This document shows, piece by piece, positions 17,703 to 28,385 of a stretch of 63,639 nucleotides of DNA. The notes beneath the pieces are model-generated. The model did not search any database and was not told where the DNA came from. It worked only from the letters and a program-made list of their open reading frames with translations. Numbering within the stretch: the first letter of the stretch is position 1; each line of letters opens with the position of its first letter. Both the position numbers and the translations under genes were made by a program. The DNA lies in the NCBI GenBank assembly GCA_045627885.1, contig JAZQOM010000011.1:1-63639 (forward strand), given 5' to 3'. Origin of the DNA: Eubacteriales bacterium (GTDB lineage: Bacteria > Bacillota > Clostridia > Oscillospirales > CAG-272).

Positions 17703-19964
17703 ATGTCAAATCTTGTAATCGTTGAGTCACCAACAAAAGCCGGAACCATCAAAGGATATCTCGGCTCAAACTACAAAGTAATTGCATCAAAAGGTCATGT
17801 AAGAGACCTCCCGAAGAGTGAACTCGGCATAGACATCGAAAACGATTTTGCTCCGAAGTATATAAACATACGCGGAAAGGGAGATGTCATAAAAGAGCTT
17901 AAAAAAGAAGCGAAAACGGCAGGCAAAATATACCTCGCAACCGACCCTGACCGCGAGGGAGAGGCTATATCCTGGCATCTTGCTCAGGTGCTTTCCGATT
18001 ATACGGGAAAAATAAGCAGAGTAACATTCAATGAAATTACGAAAAACTCCGTAAAGGCGGCAATCAAGAACGCAAGGGACATTGACAACGACCTTGTCAA
18101 TTCACAGCAGACACGCCGTCTTTTGGACAGACTTGTCGGATACAAGCTCAGCCCGTTCTTGTGGAAGAATGTAAGGCACGGTCTTTCCGCGGGACGCGTT
18201 CAGTCGGTTGCGACAAGAATGATTGTTGAGCGCGAGGAGGAGATAAAGGGCTTTATTCCCGAGGAATATTGGGAAATAGAGGGCAAGTTTACAACTCCGA
18301 AGGGTGACACTTTCGTTGCCAAATATTTTTCTCAGGACGGTAAGAAAAAGGAAAACATCAAGAATGAGAAAAGAGCTCTTGAGATAGTCGACGACATAAA
18401 GAGCGGCACGCCCGTCGTAAGCTCCATTAAAAAGAGCGTAAAGCACAGAAATCCGGCGCCTCCGTTTACAACCTCTTCCATGCAGCAGGAGGCAAACCGC
18501 AGGCTTAATTTCAATTCTCAGCGTACGATGAAGGTCGCACAGGAGCTTTATGAAGGTATCAACCTCGGAACGGCTAACGGAGGAACTCAAGGTCTTATAA
18601 CCTATATGCGTACCGACTCTCTCCGTATTTCAAACGAAGCGGCTGTTGCGGCTAAAGAATTTATCGAATCGCATTACGGAAGCGAATATGCTCCCGCTAA
18701 ATTCAGAACATACAAGATAAGTGCAACGGCTCAGGATGCGCACGAAGCCATCCGTCCGTCGAATGTAAATCTTACGCCCGACGCCGTCCGTTCTCACATG
18801 ACGCCCGACCAGTACAGGCTCTATAAGCTTATCTGGGACAGATTTGTCGCAAGCCAGATGGAAAATGCGGTATACGACATTGTTACCGCAGATATATCGA
18901 GCTCAAAGAGCGTTCTTCGCGCAAACGGAAGCAGCATCAGATTTGCCGGCTTCCTTGCGGTATATGAAGAATCAACTGACGAAAAGCAGGAGGAAAAGCA
19001 GACGCTTCTTCCGGAGCTTTCGCAAAACGACAAGCTCAATATAAATTCCGTTGAGCCGTCAAAGCATTTTACCGAGCCTCCGATGAGATACACCGAAGCA
19101 ACGCTTATCAAGACTTTGGAGGAAAAAGGAATAGGCAGACCGAGCACCTATACTCCTACCATAATGACAATAATACAGCGTGACTATGTTGAGCGCATGG
19201 GTAAAGCGCTCCGCCCGACGCAGCTCGGAGAGGTCACGACAAAGGTTATGAAGGAAAACTTCCCCGATATCATAAGCTACGAATTTACGGGCAATATGGA
19301 AAGCGACCTCGATGACATTTCGGTCGGAGCAAAGGACTTTCTTGTCGTGTTAAAAGAATTCTACGCGGGATTTTCCAAAGACCTCGAGAAAGCGGATGCC
19401 ACAATGGACGGAAAAACCGTTGAGATTGCCGACAAGGAAAGTGACATAATCTGCGAAAAATGCGGTGCGAGAATGGTTATCAAGAAAGGCAGATTCGGAA
19501 GATTTGCCGCTTGCCCGAACTATCCGAAGTGCAAGAACACGAAGTCGATTGACAACGAGGGACATATCGTTGAAAAGAAAGCGCCGACTCCCGTTGCAGG
19601 TGAAAAATGCGAGCTTTGCGGCGGCGATATGGTTTTGAGAAAGGGACGCTTCAATTCGTTCCTTGCCTGCGTAAATTACCCCAAGTGCAAATTTACAAAG
19701 TCGATACAAAAGGATACATCGGGCGTATGCCCCGTATGCGGCGCTAAAATAGTGCAGAAGCGCACAAAGACACAACGCACCTTCTACAGTTGCGAAAAAT
19801 ATCCCGAATGCACATTCTCGACATGGGATATCCCGATAGACGAAAAATGCCCCGATTGCGGCGGAACCTTATTCTATAAGAAGAACAAGAATCAGGTCTA
19901 CTGTGCAAAGGACGGCTGTGGTTACAGCGCGGAAAGAACTCCGGAGAACGCAAATGAGGATTAA
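17703..19964 (+). CDS. topA: DNA topoisomerase I
   Basis: 753 aa. Toprim N-terminus (LVIVESPTKA), catalytic-Tyr region (ITYMRTDS) and four C-terminal C4 zinc ribbons. Confidence 0.95.
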   Translation: MSNLVIVESPTKAGTIKGYLGSNYKVIASKGHVRDLPKSELGIDIENDFAPKYINIRGKGDVIKELKKEAKTAGKIYLATDPDREGEAISWHLAQVLSDYTGKISRVTFNEITKNSVKAAIKNARDIDNDLVNSQQTRRLLDRLVGYKLSPFLWKNVRHGLSAGRVQSVATRMIVEREEEIKGFIPEEYWEIEGKFTTPKGDTFVAKYFSQDGKKKENIKNEKRALEIVDDIKSGTPVVSSIKKSVKHRNPAPPFTTSSMQQEANRRLNFNSQRTMKVAQELYEGINLGTANGGTQGLITYMRTDSLRISNEAAVAAKEFIESHYGSEYAPAKFRTYKISATAQDAHEAIRPSNVNLTPDAVRSHMTPDQYRLYKLIWDRFVASQMENAVYDIVTADISSSKSVLRANGSSIRFAGFLAVYEESTDEKQEEKQTLLPELSQNDKLNINSVEPSKHFTEPPMRYTEATLIKTLEEKGIGRPSTYTPTIMTIIQRDYVERMGKALRPTQLGEVTTKVMKENFPDIISYEFTGNMESDLDDISVGAKDFLVVLKEFYAGFSKDLEKADATMDGKTVEIADKESDIICEKCGARMVIKKGRFGRFAACPNYPKCKNTKSIDNEGHIVEKKAPTPVAGEKCELCGGDMVLRKGRFNSFLACVNYPKCKFTKSIQKDTSGVCPVCGAKIVQKRTKTQRTFYSCEKYPECTFSTWDIPIDEKCPDCGGTLFYKKNKNQVYCAKDGCGYSAERTPENANED

Positions 19965-21276
19965 GGTTATCGGCGCAGGACTTGCCGGTTGCGAAGCGGC
20001 TTATCAAGCGGCAAAGCAGGGAGTAGATGTTGTTCTTTACGAGCAAAAGCCCGTAAACTATTCTCCGGCTCACAAAAGTCCGAATTTTGCCGAGCTCGTA
20101 TGTTCAAATTCTCTACGCGCAAGAGGACTTGAAAACGCGGTAGGTCTTCTCAAAGAGGAATTAAGGGTACAGGGCTCGCTTATTATGGAATCGGCGCTCG
20201 AAAATCTTGTCTCGGCAGGCGGAGCTCTTGCCGTGGACAGAGAGGGATTTTCGCAGTATATAACCGATAAGATTAAATCAAACGGCAGAATAGAAGTCGT
20301 TTACGAGGAAGTAAAAGAAATACCTCACGATGAATATACGGTCATCGCAACCGGCCCGCTTTCAAGTGACGGAATGGTAAATGCGATGAAGGGGCTTCTC
20401 GGCGACAGCTTTTTATATTTCCACGATGCCGCCGCTCCGATAGTTGCTTTTGACAGTATTGACCTCTCTAAAGCGTTCTTTGCTTCAAGATACGACAAGG
20501 GCGATGCGGATTACATCAACTGCCCTATGACAAAAGAGGAATACGACGCATTCTATAATGCGCTGATATCAGCTCCGACGGCGAAGCTTCACGAATTTGA
20601 GGCAAATATCAAGGTTTTCGAGGGCTGTATGCCCGTTGAGGTTATGGCGGCAAGAGGTCACGATACACTACTGTACGGCCCGCTTAAGCCGGTCGGTCTT
20701 ATTGACCCGAAAACGGGTGAAATGCCTTATGCCGTTGTTCAGTTAAGGGCAGACAATGCCGCAAAGACGATGTATAACATCGTCGGATTCCAGACTCATC
20801 TTACGATTTCCGCGCAGAAGGAAGTTTTCGGCATGATACCCGGACTTGAGAACGCATCGTTCCAAAGATACGGCGTTATGCACAGAAATACATACATCTA
20901 TTCTCCCGGATGTCTCGACTGCACCTATGCGATGAGAAACGATGCCAAAATACGATTCGCGGGGCAGATGACAGGCGTTGAGGGATATGTGGAATCCACC
21001 GCGTCCGGATTTGTTGCCGGAGTGAATGCCGCAAGAGATGCTCTCGGAAAGCCGAGAGTGATATACGGCTCCGATACCGCGATGGGCGCACTTGCACAGT
21101 ATATTTCCAATCCCGGTATCACGGCAAAGCAGTTCCAGCCGATGAATGTAAATTTCGGAATAATGGATTTATTGGACAAAAAAGTCAAGGGCGGCAAGCA
21201 GGAGAAAAACAGGCAGATTTCGGCTCGTGCGCTTGAGCGCATTGAGCAGATTAAAACAGAACTTGAAAGCTTGTAA
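19954..21276 (+). CDS. trmFO: Methylenetetrahydrofolate--tRNA-(uracil-5-)-methyltransferase TrmFO
   Basis: Start at ATG 19954 (MRIKVIGAGLAGCEAAY, FAD-binding fold). 11-nt overlap with topA. Confidence 0.9.
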   Translation: MRIKVIGAGLAGCEAAYQAAKQGVDVVLYEQKPVNYSPAHKSPNFAELVCSNSLRARGLENAVGLLKEELRVQGSLIMESALENLVSAGGALAVDREGFSQYITDKIKSNGRIEVVYEEVKEIPHDEYTVIATGPLSSDGMVNAMKGLLGDSFLYFHDAAAPIVAFDSIDLSKAFFASRYDKGDADYINCPMTKEEYDAFYNALISAPTAKLHEFEANIKVFEGCMPVEVMAARGHDTLLYGPLKPVGLIDPKTGEMPYAVVQLRADNAAKTMYNIVGFQTHLTISAQKEVFGMIPGLENASFQRYGVMHRNTYIYSPGCLDCTYAMRNDAKIRFAGQMTGVEGYVESTASGFVAGVNAARDALGKPRVIYGSDTAMGALAQYISNPGITAKQFQPMNVNFGIMDLLDKKVKGGKQEKNRQISARALERIEQIKTELESL

Positions 21277-21286
21277 AGGAAACTAA

Positions 21287-22288
21287 ATGAAGATAATTGT
21301 AGATGTAATGGGCGGCGACAACGCTCCCGAGATTCTTGCCGAGGGCGCTCTGAAAGCGGCGTACGAGCTTTCGGTATCGCTTATACTTGTCGGCGACGAA
21401 AAAGCAATTAAAAAAGCGATAGAAAACAGCAAATACGGCTCGGTTGATGTCACTGTGGTTAATGCCGACAAAGTGCTGACTATGGAAGATGACCCGATGT
21501 CCGTTGTGAGAGCAAACCGCGACAGTTCCATGGGTGTTGCTTTTGACCTTTTGAGGGACGGCAAGGGTGACGCCATGATAAGCTCCGGAAATTCCGGCGC
21601 GCTTCTCTGCGGCTCTACGCTTATAATCAAAAGAATAAACGGCATAAAGCGTCCCGCTCTTGCAAGCTCCGTTCCGATAGGAAGAAAGCTTCTTATAGAT
21701 TCGGGCGCGAATGTCGAAACAAAGCCTGAATATTTTCTGCAATTCGGTCTTATGGGAAGCATTTATGCAGAGCTTATGTACGGCATAAAATCTCCGAAGG
21801 TTGCGATTCTCAACAACGGAACGGAGGAGCATAAGGGTACTCCCGTACATAAAGAAGCCTATGCGCTCTTAAAGCAGAGCAATCTCAATTTTATCGGAAA
21901 CATTGAAGGCAGAGATTTATATAAGGACTGTTCCGATGTCGTCGTATGTGACGGATTTTCCGGAAACATCGCGCTTAAAACTATGGAGGGCAGCGGGAAA
22001 TTTATTAAAGGTATATTGAAGGATATGTTCGGCGGCGGGCTTTTCTCTGCGATTGCATATCTTCTTGTAAAAAAGAGGGTGGCAAAGCTCAGAACACAGC
22101 TTGACTACCGCGTATGCGGCGGCGCACCGTTTCTCGGTGTAAACAAAACGGTTGTGAAAGCTCACGGTAACGCCAACGAAAAGACGATATACTACACCGT
22201 AAAACAGGTGTATAAGCTTGTCGAAAACGATGTTATCGGCGAGATTTGCCGCAGACTTGAGAAAGGAGCCGATACCGATGCAAATTGA
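21287..22288 (+). CDS. plsX: Phosphate acyltransferase PlsX
   Basis: 333 aa with the PlsX N-terminus MKIIVDVMGGDNAP. Confidence 0.92.
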   Translation: MKIIVDVMGGDNAPEILAEGALKAAYELSVSLILVGDEKAIKKAIENSKYGSVDVTVVNADKVLTMEDDPMSVVRANRDSSMGVAFDLLRDGKGDAMISSGNSGALLCGSTLIIKRINGIKRPALASSVPIGRKLLIDSGANVETKPEYFLQFGLMGSIYAELMYGIKSPKVAILNNGTEEHKGTPVHKEAYALLKQSNLNFIGNIEGRDLYKDCSDVVVCDGFSGNIALKTMEGSGKFIKGILKDMFGGGLFSAIAYLLVKKRVAKLRTQLDYRVCGGAPFLGVNKTVVKAHGNANEKTIYYTVKQVYKLVENDVIGEICRRLEKGADTDAN

Positions 22289-22994
22289 CGGATTTGATGA
22301 GCTTGAACGAAAGATAGGCTATACTTTCAAGAATAAACAGCTTCTTTTCTGCGCGCTTACGCACAGCTCCTACGCAAACGAATCGAATATGCACGATTCC
22401 GAGCACAAGATAAGCTCGTATGAGCGGCTTGAGTTTTTCGGGGATTCCATTCTTTCGTTTGTGGTTTCCGAATATATTTACAAAAACTATCCGGAATGCC
22501 CGGAGGGTGAGCTTACTCGCCTGAGAGCCGCCGTTGTTTGCGAGGAAAGTCTTTACGAAGTTGCTACTTGCCTTTCGATAGATAAATTTATGATTTTGGG
22601 CAACGGCGAAAAGCATTCGGGCGGCAGAGGCAGAAAAAGCGTTCTTGCCGATATGGTTGAGGCGATTATCGCCGCTGTCTTTATTGACTCCGGGCTGAGC
22701 GACAGCAAAAAATTCATTATAGATAATCTTGAAAGCAAGATAAAATCCCTTATGGGCAGTGACAGTGTGGTTGACTATAAGACGGAGCTTCAGCATCTTG
22801 TTCAGCAAGCGCCCGGCGAAAAGTTTGAGTATGAGCTGATAGGCGAAAGCGGCCCCGACCACGACAAGAGATTCATAATGGCGGCAAAGCTCAACACAAA
22901 CATCATCGGAAAAGGAACGGGACGCACAAAAAGAGAAGCAGAGCAGCAGGCGGCAAAAGAGGCGCTCACTCTGTTCGGAATCATAAAACAGTAA
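22278..22994 (+). CDS. rnc: Ribonuclease III
   Basis: Start ATG 22278. RNase III signature ERLEFFGDSIL and a C-terminal dsRBD (GRTKREAEQQAAKEAL). Confidence 0.92.
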   Translation: MQIDGFDELERKIGYTFKNKQLLFCALTHSSYANESNMHDSEHKISSYERLEFFGDSILSFVVSEYIYKNYPECPEGELTRLRAAVVCEESLYEVATCLSIDKFMILGNGEKHSGGRGRKSVLADMVEAIIAAVFIDSGLSDSKKFIIDNLESKIKSLMGSDSVVDYKTELQHLVQQAPGEKFEYELIGESGPDHDKRFIMAAKLNTNIIGKGTGRTKREAEQQAAKEALTLFGIIKQ

Positions 22995-23008
22995 TTTGAG
23001 GTGTAACA

Positions 23009-26000
23009 TTGTATCTTAAGTATGTAGAAATGCAGGGCTTCAAGTCTTTTCCCGACAAGACGGTATTCAACTTCGGAAAAGGCGTAACGGCGATAGTGGG
23101 CCCCAACGGAAGCGGAAAATCCAATGTTTCGGACGCGATAAGATGGGTTTTGGGCGAGATAAGCTCAAAGAGCCTTCGCGGAAACAAAATGGAAGATGTA
23201 ATATTCAGCGGTGCTCAGGGCAGAAGTCCGAGCAGCTTTGCAGAGGTTACTCTTTGCATGGACAACAGTGACGGCGGACTTAACGACGAGCACGAGGAAG
23301 TCACCGTAACGCGCCATTATTCGAGAAGCGGTAACAGTGAATACTATATAAATAAAAAAGAAGTAAGACTTCGCGACATATACGAGCTTTTTCTCGATAC
23401 CGGTATCGGTCGTGACGGATATTCTATAATCGGTCAGGGACAGGTTGCGGAAATTCTTTCGCCAAAAAGCGATACGCGGCGTGAGATGATTGACGAAGCC
23501 GCGGGAATATCGAAGTTTAAGCACAAAAAGCATGACGCGGAAAAGAATCTTGCGCAGACTGCGGATAATCTTGTGAGACTCAACGACATTCTCGGTGAAG
23601 TTACATCGAGAGTTGAGCCTGCGAGAAAAGAATCGGAAAAGACGCAGAAGTATCTTGTTTTATTTGAAGAACAAAGAAAGCTCGAGGTTTCTCTTTGGCT
23701 TGACGAGATAGACAGTCTTGCCGGAGAAAAAGAAAAAATTCAGAATGCCTACGATTCCGCAAAAAAGAATCTCGATATCTGCAACACGGAGATAGAGGAA
23801 TGCGAAAAAGGCGTTGAGCAGCTTACGCTTCTTTCGCAACAGAACAGTGAAAAAATAGAAGAAAGCCGAGAAGGTATAAAGAATCACGAGCATCACATGA
23901 GCGAGCTTTCCGAGAGAAAGAGCGTTCTTGAAAACGATATAAGCCACTACAAGGAAAGGCTTGCCGAGCTTGAAAAGGAATTCGGTGAGCTTGACGCTAA
24001 GATTAAAGAAGCAACGGAGAAGTTTGACGGAGAATACTCAAAGGGCAAGGAGCTTGACGAAAAAAAAGCAAAGCTCGAAGCCGATATCGCGGTGGCGCAG
24101 AGCAGAACCGAAGAGCTTTCGTCTAAGCTTTTCAACATTGACTTTGAGATAGGCAATCTCGGGCTTTCAAAGGAGCTTGCCGCTCAGGATATAGCGGAGC
24201 TTAACACAAAGCGTTCCGTAACGAAAGCCAATATCGCCCAGCTTGAAAGCAGAATAGCCGAGCTTTCGCAGAGCAAAAAGCAGGACACTCAAGATGCCGA
24301 AAGCAAGGAGAAATTTGAAAAAGCCGAAAAAGAGAAGGCTGAGAGGGCAAAATCTCTTGCACAGATTTGCACAAAGCTCGACGAAATTGACATAAAGATT
24401 AAGAATGACGAGCAAATTTTGAATTCGGCTTATGTGAAAATGCAGGGGCTTATGGTTTCTAAGGCTGAAAAATCAAAACATATTGATATGCTCAGCCGTA
24501 TGGAAAATATGCTCGAGGGCTATGCGTTCAGCGTAAAAGCCGTAATGCAGTCTGCAAATTCCGGTAAGCTTTCGGGAATTCACGGGCCTGTATCAAAGCT
24601 TATATCCGCTCCTGAGGAGTACGCCGTCGCTCTTGAGGTTGCGCTCGGCGCGCAGGCTCAGCATATAGTAACGGAAAACGAGAGGGCGGCAAAGGCGGGA
24701 ATCGCGGAGCTCAAAGCGGCAAAAGCCGGAAGAGCGACATTTCTTCCGCTTGATACCGTAAACGGCAGAAGCATAAGCTCCGCCGACATCACAAACAAAA
24801 ACGGCTACATCGGAATAGCTTCCGAGCTTGTTACATTTGACAAAAAATACGAGCGTATTGTAAGCTATCTTCTCGGCAGAACGGTAATTGCCAAGGATAT
24901 TGACTGCGCCGCTTCAATCGCGAGGTCGTGCGGCTTCAGATATAAAGTCGTATCGCTTGACGGTCAGGTTGTTAACGCGGGCGGCAGCTTTACGGGCGGC
25001 AGTCTCAGCGCAAAGACCGGTATGCTTACAAGAAGCGCCGATATCGAAAAGCTTACAGCTGAGCTTTCCGTGATATTAAAAGACATAGACAAGCTTCAAG
25101 CGGAGATTGACAGTGCAAACGACGAAAAGGCTTCGCTTTATGCTCAAAGCACAAAGCTTTCCGACGAAGAGATATTGCTTAAGACAAGTCTTGCCGCAAT
25201 AGATGCGGAGCTTGCCGCCATAAGCGAAAATATGAAGGATTATGCTGAGCTTCGCAAGGACAGAGAAAGCGATATAGCAAAGCTTGAATCCGAAATCAAG
25301 CTTATGAATGAAGAACTCGCAAAGCTTGACGCCGATGCGGATAAGCTCGAAGAAAAGCAGAAAAGTGATGACGAGATTTCTGCTTCCCGCAAAGAAGAAC
25401 AACAGAATATGCAAAACGAGAACGAGAGCTTGAAAAATCGTCTTTACGATATGAAAATTGAGCTTGCGGAAGTTACAAAGGATATCGAGAACTATCAGTA
25501 TTCGATAACAGCCATGGCACAAACTCTCGAACTCGACACGGACAGCGCAAAGGGATATCAAAAGCAGATTTCCGAGCTTAAATCAAAGATTGAATCCGTA
25601 AATGCGGAAATAAAGGAAACGGCTGACGAAATTGCCTGCGGCGACAAGACATATTCAAATATGCAGGAAACCGTAAAAGAGCTCGACGCACAGAATCTCG
25701 AATATGAAAAGAAGATAAACGAATTCACCGCAAAGCAGAAAAAATGCTACGGCGAAAGAGAAAATCTCATAAGAGAATTCACGCGGTCGGAAGCAAAGCT
25801 CGAAAGCGGACAAACAGAGCACGACAGGCTTATATCGAGGCTCTTTGATACTTACGACCTTACATATTCAACTGCCGGCGAATTCAGAATAGTTATTGAG
25901 AACAAGACGGAATCCGGAAAGCGTCTTTCCGTTTTGAAGGGTGAGATTAAGAAGCTCGGCTCGGTTAATCTCAACGCCGTTGCCGAATACGCGGAATTAA

Positions 26001-26578
26001 AGGAAAGATTTGATTTTCTTACAGCTCAAGTCGGTGACCTTGTTAAGTCAAAGGAAGAGCTTGAGGGAATTATTGAGAATCTCGACGATGAGATGAAGCG
26101 TATTCTCACCGAGGCAATGAAGAGCATAAACGAAAACTTCTCGAGAATATTCAAAGAGCTTTTCGGCGGCGGCAAGGCGGAGATTACTTTTGCCGACGAG
26201 GAAGATATAATCGAGGGTGATATTGAAATATTCGCGCAACCGCCCGGAAAGACGGTAAACAACATTCAGCTTCTGTCCGGCGGCGAACGCTCGCTTATAT
26301 CCATATCGCTGTATTATGCTATGATAGCCGTATCGCCGACGCCGTTCTGCATAATGGACGAGATAGAATCCGCTCTCGATGATGTCAATGTAGACAGATT
26401 TGCACAGTACGCAAAGAGATTCTGCGAAAAGACGCAGTTCATTATGATTACTCACCGCAGAGGAACGATGAATGTTGCCGACATTCTCTACGGTATCACG
26501 ATGCAGGAAAAGGGAATATCAAAGTACCTCACCATAAGCGTCGATGAGGTTGAACAACAGCTCGGTATTAAACTGTAA
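23009..26578 (+). CDS. smc: Chromosome partition protein Smc
   Basis: 1189 aa with a TTG start. Walker A GPNGSGKSN, long coiled coils and hinge, signature LSGGERSL, Walker B IMDEIESALD. Confidence 0.95.
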   Translation: MYLKYVEMQGFKSFPDKTVFNFGKGVTAIVGPNGSGKSNVSDAIRWVLGEISSKSLRGNKMEDVIFSGAQGRSPSSFAEVTLCMDNSDGGLNDEHEEVTVTRHYSRSGNSEYYINKKEVRLRDIYELFLDTGIGRDGYSIIGQGQVAEILSPKSDTRREMIDEAAGISKFKHKKHDAEKNLAQTADNLVRLNDILGEVTSRVEPARKESEKTQKYLVLFEEQRKLEVSLWLDEIDSLAGEKEKIQNAYDSAKKNLDICNTEIEECEKGVEQLTLLSQQNSEKIEESREGIKNHEHHMSELSERKSVLENDISHYKERLAELEKEFGELDAKIKEATEKFDGEYSKGKELDEKKAKLEADIAVAQSRTEELSSKLFNIDFEIGNLGLSKELAAQDIAELNTKRSVTKANIAQLESRIAELSQSKKQDTQDAESKEKFEKAEKEKAERAKSLAQICTKLDEIDIKIKNDEQILNSAYVKMQGLMVSKAEKSKHIDMLSRMENMLEGYAFSVKAVMQSANSGKLSGIHGPVSKLISAPEEYAVALEVALGAQAQHIVTENERAAKAGIAELKAAKAGRATFLPLDTVNGRSISSADITNKNGYIGIASELVTFDKKYERIVSYLLGRTVIAKDIDCAASIARSCGFRYKVVSLDGQVVNAGGSFTGGSLSAKTGMLTRSADIEKLTAELSVILKDIDKLQAEIDSANDEKASLYAQSTKLSDEEILLKTSLAAIDAELAAISENMKDYAELRKDRESDIAKLESEIKLMNEELAKLDADADKLEEKQKSDDEISASRKEEQQNMQNENESLKNRLYDMKIELAEVTKDIENYQYSITAMAQTLELDTDSAKGYQKQISELKSKIESVNAEIKETADEIACGDKTYSNMQETVKELDAQNLEYEKKINEFTAKQKKCYGERENLIREFTRSEAKLESGQTEHDRLISRLFDTYDLTYSTAGEFRIVIENKTESGKRLSVLKGEIKKLGSVNLNAVAEYAELKERFDFLTAQVGDLVKSKEELEGIIENLDDEMKRILTEAMKSINENFSRIFKELFGGGKAEITFADEEDIIEGDIEIFAQPPGKTVNNIQLLSGGERSLISISLYYAMIAVSPTPFCIMDEIESALDDVNVDRFAQYAKRFCEKTQFIMITHRRGTMNVADILYGITMQEKGISKYLTISVDEVEQQLGIKL

Positions 26579-26587
26579 GAGGTAAAA

Positions 26588-27499
26588 ATGGGATTTTTCG
26601 ATTTACTGAAAAGCGGACTTAAAAAAACAAAGGAAGCCATATCCGGCAAGATTGACGGAATATTCAGCGCATTTTCAAAGCTCGACGACGACTTGTATGA
26701 TGAGCTTGAAGAAACGCTTATAGAAGCCGATATCGGCGTATCATGCACAGAGCAGATTCTTGACACTCTCAAACAAAGAGTAGAGGAAAAGAAGATAAAA
26801 GACCCTTCGCTTGCAAAAGAAGAACTGTATTCAATTATGACGGATATGATTGGCGAAGATGTAGAGCTTTCGGCAGATGACGGCAAGCCTCTTATTATTC
26901 TTGTAATAGGCGTAAACGGTGTGGGCAAAACGACTTCTATAGGCAAAATTTCGTCCGTGCTTTCCAAAGAAGGCAAAAAAGTGCTTTTGTGCGCCGGAGA
27001 TACATTCAGAGCCGCTGCCATTGACCAGCTTTCGGTATGGGCGCAGAGGGCTAATGTCGGCATAATTAAGCACGAGGAAAACTCTGACCCCGCCGCTGTT
27101 GTTTTTGATTCCGTTGCCGCGATGAAGGCGCGCAAATGCGATGTTCTCATCGTCGATACCGCAGGAAGACTTCACAATAAGCAGAATCTTATGAATGAGC
27201 TTTCCAAGATAAAAAGGGTTATCGACAGAGAATATCCCGAGGCAAAGCGTGAAACTCTGCTTGTGCTTGACGGTTCAACAGGGCAAAACGCCTATATTCA
27301 GGCAAAGGAATTCGGAAGTGTAGCCGATATAACCGGTCTTGTTTTAACAAAAATGGACGGCACGGCTAAAGGCGGAGTTGTGTTCCCGATATGCTCCGAG
27401 CTTCATGTTCCGGTTAGGTACATCGGTGTAGGAGAGGGAATTGACGATTTGCAGAAATTCTCGGGAAAAGAATTTACCGCGGCTATATTCGGTGAATAG
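26588..27499 (+). CDS. ftsY: Signal recognition particle receptor FtsY
   Basis: 303 aa with SRP GTPase motifs GVNGVGKTT, DTAGR and TKMDG. Confidence 0.95.
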   Translation: MGFFDLLKSGLKKTKEAISGKIDGIFSAFSKLDDDLYDELEETLIEADIGVSCTEQILDTLKQRVEEKKIKDPSLAKEELYSIMTDMIGEDVELSADDGKPLIILVIGVNGVGKTTSIGKISSVLSKEGKKVLLCAGDTFRAAAIDQLSVWAQRANVGIIKHEENSDPAAVVFDSVAAMKARKCDVLIVDTAGRLHNKQNLMNELSKIKRVIDREYPEAKRETLLVLDGSTGQNAYIQAKEFGSVADITGLVLTKMDGTAKGGVVFPICSELHVPVRYIGVGEGIDDLQKFSGKEFTAAIFGE

Positions 27500-27500
27500 T

Positions 27501-28088
27501 ATGAAAATTATACTTTCATCAAACAACAGGAAAAAAATAAAAGAAATCCGCGAGATTTTCGGAGAGGGCTACGATGTTCTTTCTCTTTCGGATGTCGGAT
27601 TTACAGACGATATAGACGAAAACGGCTCGAGCTTTGAGGAAAATGCTTTTATAAAAGTCCACGCCGTATCGGCGCTTTTTCCGGATTGCGTCGTTATTGC
27701 GGACGACAGCGGAATTTGTGTAGATGCATTAGGCGGCGCACCCGGAATATACTCGGCACGCTTCAGCGGAGTTCACGGTGACGACGAGGCAAACAACAAC
27801 AAACTCCTCGCGGAGCTTCAAGACAAACCGGATAGAAGCGCTCACTATTACTGTGCCGTAGCGGTACGGCTTCCCGACGGAACGGAGTTTTCCACCTGCG
27901 GAAAGTGCTTCGGTGTTATCGCAAAAGAAAGAAAAGGAAGCGGAGGCTTCGGATATGACCCACTGTTCTTTCTGCCCGAATACGGCAAAATGATGGCGGA
28001 GCTCACCGATGACGAAAAGAACGCCGTAAGTCACAGAGGAAAAGCGTTAAGAAAGCTGAAAGAAGAATTTGACAGGAGAATAAAATGA
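27501..28088 (+). CDS. rdgB: Non-canonical purine NTP pyrophosphatase (RdgB/HAM1)
   Basis: Start ATG 27501, 1 nt after the ftsY stop. Motifs FGYDPLF and SHRGKA. Confidence 0.9.
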   Translation: MKIILSSNNRKKIKEIREIFGEGYDVLSLSDVGFTDDIDENGSSFEENAFIKVHAVSALFPDCVVIADDSGICVDALGGAPGIYSARFSGVHGDDEANNNKLLAELQDKPDRSAHYYCAVAVRLPDGTEFSTCGKCFGVIAKERKGSGGFGYDPLFFLPEYGKMMAELTDDEKNAVSHRGKALRKLKEEFDRRIK

Positions 28089-28369
28089 CCGGAAAACAGA
28101 GAGCTTATCTCAAATCACTTGCAAATACTACCGAAACGATATTGCAGGTGGGAAAATCGGGAATAAACGATAATCTCATAAAGCAGGTTGACGATGCACT
28201 TGAAGCAAGAGAAATAATAAAGCTTCATGTTCTCGATACCGCACCCGTAACGGCAAAGGAAGCGATGAACGAGCTTGCCGAAAAGACGGGAAGCGAGCCT
28301 GTATGCGCCATAGGAAAGCGTTTTGTACTCTATCGCGAAAGTGTAAACAATAAAAAAATCATTCTTTGA
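28085..28369 (+). CDS. yhbY: YhbY/CRM-domain RNA-binding protein
   Basis: 94 aa. ATGA overlap with rdgB. CRM-domain core (ILQVGKSGIND). Conserved synteny with nadD, yqeK and rsfS. Confidence 0.85.
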   Translation: MTGKQRAYLKSLANTTETILQVGKSGINDNLIKQVDDALEAREIIKLHVLDTAPVTAKEAMNELAEKTGSEPVCAIGKRFVLYRESVNNKKIIL

Positions 28370-28385
28370 AAAAGGGTGGATTAGG

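Noticed and set aside
22233-23009. 258-aa minus-strand ORF that mirrors rnc almost exactly
   Set aside because: It lies entirely antisense to a gene with unmistakable RNase III motifs. Its product is Leu/Phe/Ser/Lys/Arg-rich, shows no recognisable motif and has no RBS. It looks like a stop-poor antisense frame produced by codon bias.
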